Positions 58,686 through 64,000 of a stretch of DNA of 64,000 bases are shown here, piece by piece (within the stretch, counting starts at the first letter, position 1; every line of letters starts with the position of its first letter). The notes below the pieces were generated by a model that searched no databases, was not told the origin of the DNA, and worked only from the letters and a program-made list of their open reading frames with translations. Position numbers and translations under genes: made by a program. Source of the DNA: Candidatus Krumholzibacteriota bacterium (GTDB taxonomy: Bacteria; Krumholzibacteriota; Krumholzibacteriia; JAJRXK01); contig CAVXTH010000006.1 in NCBI GenBank assembly GCA_963764625.1, positions 352,001 to 416,000 of the forward strand, given 5' to 3'.

Positions 58686-59204
58686 TCAGTTGCCGGTGTA
58701 GATCACGTCGAGAACGATGTCCGCGACGTAATCTCCTGGCTGTTGATTCGGCGGTGGATTGAGCGTTCCCCCGATCCAGACACTCAGATGACCGCTGTTC
58801 TGATCCAGTCGCACCGCGATCCCCGCGCTGGGATCGAAGCTCGTGGCTCCGCTCGACTGGTTCTTCGTGTTGTAGGCCGCGTCGTTCCCCGAGAACGAGA
58901 TGGGCATCGAATTGCCTCCGTTCTGCAGAGAAGTGGGAAGATTCGTGAAGTCGAGAAAGACCTCTGCTCCCGGCTCTCCCTGGATGAACCAGCGTCCGGC
59001 CGTATTGGAGGACCAACTCACGGTGCTGGGAATTCCGGCAATGACGGTGCCGAAACGCAGATCTCCCCGATCACGGATCCGGATCGGACCGTTGCCCCGG
59101 TTTCCCCCCGGTGCATTGGGGGGGAGGTCCGCCTGAGCGACCTCCCCCGAGAACGAGAGGACGCCGAGGAACAGGATGAATCCCGCCACGGCGCGTCGAT
59201 GCAT
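58686..59204 (-). CDS. DUF4402/Csu-like pilin subunit (minor)
   Basis: Signal peptide, DLRFG motif and VWIGGTL....NQQPGDY...I.L.V.Y C-terminus. Confidence 0.75.
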   Translation of the reverse strand: MHRRAVAGFILFLGVLSFSGEVAQADLPPNAPGGNRGNGPIRIRDRGDLRFGTVIAGIPSTVSWSSNTAGRWFIQGEPGAEVFLDFTNLPTSLQNGGNSMPISFSGNDAAYNTKNQSSGATSFDPSAGIAVRLDQNSGHLSVWIGGTLNPPPNQQPGDYVADIVLDVIYTGN

Positions 59205-59208
59205 GGAA

Positions 59209-59709
59209 TTAGTTCCCCGTGTACACCACGTCGAGGCTGACGGTGGCCGTGTAGACTCCGGCCACCTGATTTGCCGCCGGGGCCACCGTGCCGCCGAGCC
59301 AGACGAAGCTTTGACCGAGGATGCTGAGCACCTCGGTGTCACCGCTGGCCGGATCGAAGGGCACGGCGCTGCCGACCACGTCCGTGGCGAACCAACCGGC
59401 ATCGGTGGCGGAGAAGTTGATGGGCATGGTGTTCGCGCCAAAGCTCAGGTTGGCGGGAAGCGTGAAGGACATCTGAACTTCCTTTGACGCCTCACCGTCG
59501 ATGCGCCACTTGCCCGAGGTCGCGTCGGTCAGGGCGATGGACTTGTTCAATCCCGGGAACACGTCACCGAAATCGAGATCACGCAGGCCGGATGTGACGC
59601 TCAACGGGGTGAGCACGTTGGCCGTGGCGTTGATGGTGCCCGAAACGGCGAACGCCGAGGCGGGCATGATCAGGGCCATTACGATGGCCGCGGCAAGAAT
59701 CCTCTTCAT
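59209..59709 (-). CDS. DUF4402/Csu-like pilin subunit (major)
   Basis: Signal peptide (ASAFA), N-terminal GTINATANVLTPL strand, DLDFG motif, VWLGGTV....NQVAGVY...V.L.V.Y C-terminus; strong AAGGAG RBS. Confidence 0.8.
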   Translation of the reverse strand: MKRILAAAIVMALIMPASAFAVSGTINATANVLTPLSVTSGLRDLDFGDVFPGLNKSIALTDATSGKWRIDGEASKEVQMSFTLPANLSFGANTMPINFSATDAGWFATDVVGSAVPFDPASGDTEVLSILGQSFVWLGGTVAPAANQVAGVYTATVSLDVVYTGN

Positions 59710-59914
59710 CTTTCAGGTCTCCTTGAAGAACGCGAAAAAAATGCCCTCTTCGGACACTCTCGCGCTCGAGTGAGTGACTCGTGATCTAGTCCCCCGGCCT
59801 CCGGCGCTGACCGGTTTGCCCCAGGAGACGTGCGATGTGGTACCCTTAAAGGGTCCGCCGTGAAATCGCTTCGGGCCTAGACCCGAGGACGCATTCCATT
59901 GCAGACGAGGCCTT

Positions 59915-59930
59915 TGCAGCCCGCGTGCCG
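59915..59930 (-). promoter_or_regulatory. Sigma54 (-24/-12) promoter of the pilus operon
   Basis: Minus strand CGGCACGCGGGCTGCA: GG-N10-GC. Confidence 0.6.
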
Positions 59931-60059
59931 GGAACCGGTAGTTCAGCGTAAGTACTTGGGGGGAAATAGCTTATGTTCGAATCAGGGAGTGGATTCCCCC
60001 TCGCGGAATCCGGGGAAATCCTGGCAAGGCTTGGTGCAGGGTGCTCAATCCCTCCCCAA

Positions 60060-60410
60060 ATGCCCGATGGGGCCCTCACCGGGCGGAAACGGCCCCGGTG
60101 GCTTTGCTGGATGGGTGCGGCTCTCATGCTGGCGCTCGTGGTGATGGCGAGCCCGGGGAATGCCGAGCCGAGAGCGCGCGGGCAGATCATGGCACGCGCC
60201 CGCGTCCTGGCGCCGGTCGGACGACAAGAAATGCTGGCCTACCTGGCCCGCTGGGAAAGCGACCAAAGAGTGCAAAGCAGCGCGCGGGCACGCTTCGCCC
60301 AGGGGCCGTCCCAGCTCGAGGCAGTCGAAATCGATCATGATCGCCTGCGGATCCGCCTGCTGTACGACGAGGGAGAACCCTGTCTGCAGATCGAATCACT
60401 CGCCAACTGA
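60060..60410 (+). CDS. Small exported protein with a pilin-like N-terminal strand
   Basis: Signal peptide (..LALVVMASPGNA) followed by RGQIMARARVLAPV; start uncertain (59973 or 60060). Confidence 0.6.
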   Translation: MPDGALTGRKRPRWLCWMGAALMLALVVMASPGNAEPRARGQIMARARVLAPVGRQEMLAYLARWESDQRVQSSARARFAQGPSQLEAVEIDHDRLRIRLLYDEGEPCLQIESLAN

Positions 60411-60418
60411 GGGCGGGT

Positions 60419-61066
60419 TCACGACTTTTGCCACTCGAGCGTGGCGCGGGCTCCCGTCGCCTCACGGATCTCCTCGGCCAGACGCAGCGCGTGGGACCTG
60501 CGGATGTGAAGCAGGAGACTGGGCGCGGCCGAGAAGTCTCGCTCAACCGACTTCACCACCGAGCTCAAACGTGCCAGACTGGCTTCGACGGCCCCGAGAT
60601 CATCGAAGGAACAGTCCACCCGCAAAATGGCGTCGTGCCAAACCTCGAGCCGGGGTGCCGCTTGAAGCGCGCTCTGCGCTGCCTCTCCGTAGGTGCGCGC
60701 GAGCCCACCGCGCCCGAGCTTGGTTCCCCCGAAGTATCGGGTGACCACGATGAGAGCGTCGGTTAGCGTAGCTCTTTGGAGGGTGTGCAGGATGGGCGTG
60801 CCGGCGGTGCCGGAGGGTTCGCCGTCGTCGTTGCTCCGTTCCAGAAAAGAGCCGGCCGATTGCAGTCTCGACGCCCAGCAGTGATGGCTCGCGTCGTGGT
60901 AACGGCGCTGAACGAGCGAGATCCTTTCATGTACGATCTCTTCCCGTTCGGCGTGGAAGGCCTGCGAGAGAAATCGCGAGCCCTTGACGCGCAGCTCGAC
61001 CTCTTCTCCGTCCTCGATGGAGAGGGTCGAATCGGGTTCGTCGGGGGAAGGTGTGAAGGTCGTCAT
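60419..61066 (-). CDS. yigZ: YigZ/IMPACT family protein
   Basis: KGSRF, ASHHCWA, DDGEPSGTAG.P and VTRYFGGTKLG.GGL.R.Y motifs. Confidence 0.93.
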   Translation of the reverse strand: MTTFTPSPDEPDSTLSIEDGEEVELRVKGSRFLSQAFHAEREEIVHERISLVQRRYHDASHHCWASRLQSAGSFLERSNDDGEPSGTAGTPILHTLQRATLTDALIVVTRYFGGTKLGRGGLARTYGEAAQSALQAAPRLEVWHDAILRVDCSFDDLGAVEASLARLSSVVKSVERDFSAAPSLLLHIRRSHALRLAEEIREATGARATLEWQKS

Positions 61067-61086
61067 CGTGACAAAGGCTCGGCGGA

Positions 61087-62313
61087 ATGAAGATTCTGAT
61101 CGTCAATAAATTCTACGACCTGCGAGGAGGCACTGAAAGGGTGATGTTCGACCTCCGTGACGGACTCACCGCGCGGGGTCACGAGGTCTTCCCTTTTTCC
61201 ATGCAGGATTCCCGTAACGAGCCCAGCGAGTGGTCGAGCTATTTCACACCTTCTCGCGACTACGACGCGCCCGGCCTTCTCACCAAGCTTCGTCAGGCCT
61301 GGTTGACCATCCACGATCCGCAGGCGAGTCGGTGCTTGGAAGAATTGCTCGAGCGCCAGCGACCCGATGTCGCGCATCTCCACAACATCTACCATCAGTT
61401 GAGCCCGTCGATTCTCGAACCCCTGACGCGGCGCGGCATTCCCGTGGTCATGACCTTGCACGACTACAAATTGGCGTGTCCCTCGTACACTTTGTTTCGC
61501 GACGGGAAGCCCTGTCAGAAGTGCGTGAAGCTGCAGATTCCCTTCTGGTGTGCGGTTCATTCGTGCTCGCGGGAGAGCCGGGCCGAGAGCATCGTTCTGA
61601 GCATCGAGTCGAGTGTGCATCGCTTACGCCGCGTCTATGAACGGGGAGTGAATCGTTTCGTCTGTCCCTCGCACACGGTGGCGGAGGTGATGCGCAAGCG
61701 GGGAATTCCCGCGGGGCAACTCGCCGTCATTCCCAACGCGCCGAAGCAAAGGGGTGAGATCGAAGCCTGGAGCGCGCGCTCACCCCAGCCCAGCGTACTC
61801 TACGCGGGGCGGCTCTCGCCCGAAAAGGGAGTCGAGGTCCTGGTGGACGCGGCACGGAACACACCGGGGGTGAAGATCAGGATCGCCGGGGATGGCCCCT
61901 CCGCCGCGAGTCTGCGCGAGCTCGCGGCCGGGCTGCCATGGGTCGAGTTTCTGGGGAAACTCGACCCGCTTGCGCTGCGCTTGGAGCGGGCCAAGGCCTG
62001 GGCCTGCGCCGTGCCGTCGATCTGTACCGAGAACGCGCCTCTCACCGTCCTGGAAAGTTTCGCGGCGGGGCGTGGAGCCCTCGTCTCCGACCGGGGAGGA
62101 CTTCGGGAGATGGTGGACGAGAGCACCGGGCGGCGGGTGGAAGCCGGGAATCGCGAGGCCTGGCGGGCGGCACTGGCGTGTCTGGGGACGGAGGAGAAAA
62201 CCTGGGGTGAGCGCGGGTTGGAAGCACGCCGCCGCCTGGAGCGAGACTTTTCCTTCCAACTGGTTCTCGACGCCTACGAGACATTGTTCGAAGAACTGGT
62301 TCGAGCTTCATGA
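61087..62313 (+). CDS. Glycosyltransferase family 4
   Basis: GG.E, HLHNIY, TLHDYKL.CP, GRLSPEKG and PS...EN.PL.VLE motifs. Confidence 0.9.
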   Translation: MKILIVNKFYDLRGGTERVMFDLRDGLTARGHEVFPFSMQDSRNEPSEWSSYFTPSRDYDAPGLLTKLRQAWLTIHDPQASRCLEELLERQRPDVAHLHNIYHQLSPSILEPLTRRGIPVVMTLHDYKLACPSYTLFRDGKPCQKCVKLQIPFWCAVHSCSRESRAESIVLSIESSVHRLRRVYERGVNRFVCPSHTVAEVMRKRGIPAGQLAVIPNAPKQRGEIEAWSARSPQPSVLYAGRLSPEKGVEVLVDAARNTPGVKIRIAGDGPSAASLRELAAGLPWVEFLGKLDPLALRLERAKAWACAVPSICTENAPLTVLESFAAGRGALVSDRGGLREMVDESTGRRVEAGNREAWRAALACLGTEEKTWGERGLEARRRLERDFSFQLVLDAYETLFEELVRAS

Positions 62314-62392
62314 AACGATTCGCGGAGGCTCCGCCTAGTGCTTTTCTTGAGTCGAGCGAACCCCCTTCACTCTGCTTCGTCGACGGTGAGTC

Positions 62393-63400
62393 ATGATTCG
62401 ATTCGGCATCCTGGGCTGCGGGCTTCACGGAGAGCGCTACCTGCGTCACATGCTCAACGACACGCCGGAGCTCAGCGAGCCGGTGTGCCTGTGGCGGCGA
62501 AGCGCCGTAGCGCGCAAGCAGCTGGAAGAGAGTTACGGCGTGCCGACCGTGGGTACGCTTGCCGAGCTCTTGGCGGTGGAGGGAATCGATGCCTACCTCG
62601 TGACCACTCCCCCCGGTCTTCACGCCCAAGAAATCGAAGAATTACTTCCCCTGGGCAAACCGATCCTTTTGGAAAAGCCGGCGACCGCCACTCTGAAGGA
62701 GGCGGACGAACTCTGGAAAAGCCACCCGGATCTGCCCCGGAGGGCCTTGATGGTGGCCCAGACCCTGCGCTTCAATGCCACTCTCCTGCGCGCGCGCGAG
62801 ATCCTGGACGGCTTGGGCGATCTGCACCGAATTCGCGTCCAACAACGTCTACAGCCCACGAGCCTCGCCTGGCAAAAAGACCCCCAACTCTCAGGGGGGG
62901 GCTCGCTGACCCTGACCGGGGTGCACCTCTTCGACGTCCTTCGATGGTTTGTGGGAAGGAGTCCCGATTCGGTGAGCGCGCGTGTTCTGGCCGTCGACCA
63001 GTTTCCCACCTCGAATCTCTTCGATGCCTGTTTCGAATACGAGCTCGAGCCGATTTTGTGCGCGACAGAAGTGAGCAAGTTCTCCGACACCCGCTCGTGC
63101 GTGATGGAGCTCGTCGGAAGCCGAGGGCAGCTGGTGGTGGACTATCACCACGGATGGATCGATCGTCACTTGGGCAATGGTTCGGAGAGAATGGAGACTC
63201 TGGGAAATCCGCCTACCCTGCCGGAGACGCTGCGCGCATTCTGTCATTCGGTCAAACAGGGTGGCTCGATGCCCATAACCTTTCATGACGGCAGAGAGAC
63301 CCTGCGGATGGCGGAAGCCGCGCGCGTTTCGAGTCTCGAAGGCCGCCGCGTTCGACTCGAGGAGATCGCCCCGGAAGACGAACCGGGAAATCCAAGCTGA
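62393..63400 (+). CDS. Gfo/Idh/MocA family oxidoreductase
   Basis: GILGCG, TPP..H, GKPILLEKP and GGG.L...GVH.FD motifs. Confidence 0.88.
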   Translation: MIRFGILGCGLHGERYLRHMLNDTPELSEPVCLWRRSAVARKQLEESYGVPTVGTLAELLAVEGIDAYLVTTPPGLHAQEIEELLPLGKPILLEKPATATLKEADELWKSHPDLPRRALMVAQTLRFNATLLRAREILDGLGDLHRIRVQQRLQPTSLAWQKDPQLSGGGSLTLTGVHLFDVLRWFVGRSPDSVSARVLAVDQFPTSNLFDACFEYELEPILCATEVSKFSDTRSCVMELVGSRGQLVVDYHHGWIDRHLGNGSERMETLGNPPTLPETLRAFCHSVKQGGSMPITFHDGRETLRMAEAARVSSLEGRRVRLEEIAPEDEPGNPS

Positions 63401-63413
63401 GGAGGAGTTTCAC

Positions 63414-64000
63414 ATGCAAGCTAGCCGCACTGGGATCGTCTTGGCGGTGCTCCTGTTCCTGGCCACCTGGGCTCCGGCCAAGGCGAGAGCCCAGAGTCAG
63501 CTGGACTACTGGCAGGTTCTCGCGTTGGACCGAGTGGCCTTCAGGATGAAGACCGTGGCCTTGATGCCCGCGACCGACGAACCGGGTCAGATCATGGTGT
63601 ACGGAGATCGCTACGGCTACTTGAGGGCCAACCAGGTGACCGGGGATGGGAGCGTCGAGATCTGGCGGAGCCGAACCCTAGACGGTGAGGTCTGGGAGGT
63701 GATGGTCGAGGATCTCGATGGAGACGGCAGGGTCGAAATTCTCTGCCGGACGCAAGGGGGGCGCCTCTATGTGTTCGACGACACTTTCAATCCGAAGTGG
63801 GAAAATCTGCGCGAGGACTACCAGGAAATCTCAGCCATGGCCATCGCCAACATGGACGATGATCCGGCCTACGAGTTGGTCATTCTCGGGGACGGACACA
63901 TCGACTACATCGACGGCAAGGACTTCACGCGCCAATTCCGTTCGACCCAAACCTACAGTGCCTCGGAAATCGCGGTGGGGAACGTGGACAGTGATGCGAA
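63414..64000 (+). CDS. Exported FG-GAP/VCBS repeat protein (3'-partial)
   Basis: GGAGGAG RBS, signal peptide, and repeats VEDLDGDGRVEIL, IANMDDDPAYELV and VGNVDSD; runs off the window end. Confidence 0.75.
   Translation, partial: MQASRTGIVLAVLLFLATWAPAKARAQSQLDYWQVLALDRVAFRMKTVALMPATDEPGQIMVYGDRYGYLRANQVTGDGSVEIWRSRTLDGEVWEVMVEDLDGDGRVEILCRTQGGRLYVFDDTFNPKWENLREDYQEISAMAIANMDDDPAYELVILGDGHIDYIDGKDFTRQFRSTQTYSASEIAVGNVDSDA

Noticed and set aside
60022-60037. TGGCAAGGCTTGGTGC as a sigma54 promoter for the 60060 gene
   Set aside because: GG-to-GC spacing is 11 rather than the strict 10.
1-64000. tRNA, rRNA, CRISPR array, IS/transposase, prophage or defence genes
   Set aside because: None recognised by eye. 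Intergenic gaps are short and show no repeat-spacer or cloverleaf pattern; a covariance-model scan would be needed to exclude small RNAs.

Overview
GC-rich bacterial chromosomal window, probably from a non-Bacteroidota FCB-group lineage. That placement is an inference from a PorZ/T9SS-CTD-like gene, an MglA GTPase and DUF4402 pilins. Order of contents: surface-glycan genes (1-4.5 kb); a dcw cluster mraZ-[STAS]-rsmH-ftsL-ftsI-murE-murF-mraY-murD-ftsW-murG-murC-ftsQ-ftsA-ftsZ (4.7-21.5 kb); TPR, radical SAM and recG genes; a zinc-ribbon/hypothetical/MglA locus with three sigma54-type promoters; TPR-trpA-uppP-moeA; a beta-helix lipoprotein; a sigma54-promoter SPFH + three zinc-ribbon protein operon; a PAS-sigma54 activator next to an MMPL/LolA-like fusion-OMP-DUF2892 operon; M1, M28 and M16 peptidases; a DUF4402 chaperone-usher-like pilus locus with a divergent donor-strand-like protein; then yigZ, GT4, Gfo/Idh/MocA and an FG-GAP protein. 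Several genes, including essential ftsI, carry +1 frameshifts that are most likely sequencing errors. No rRNA, tRNA, CRISPR array or transposase was recognised. Family calls come from motif recognition by eye, not database searches.
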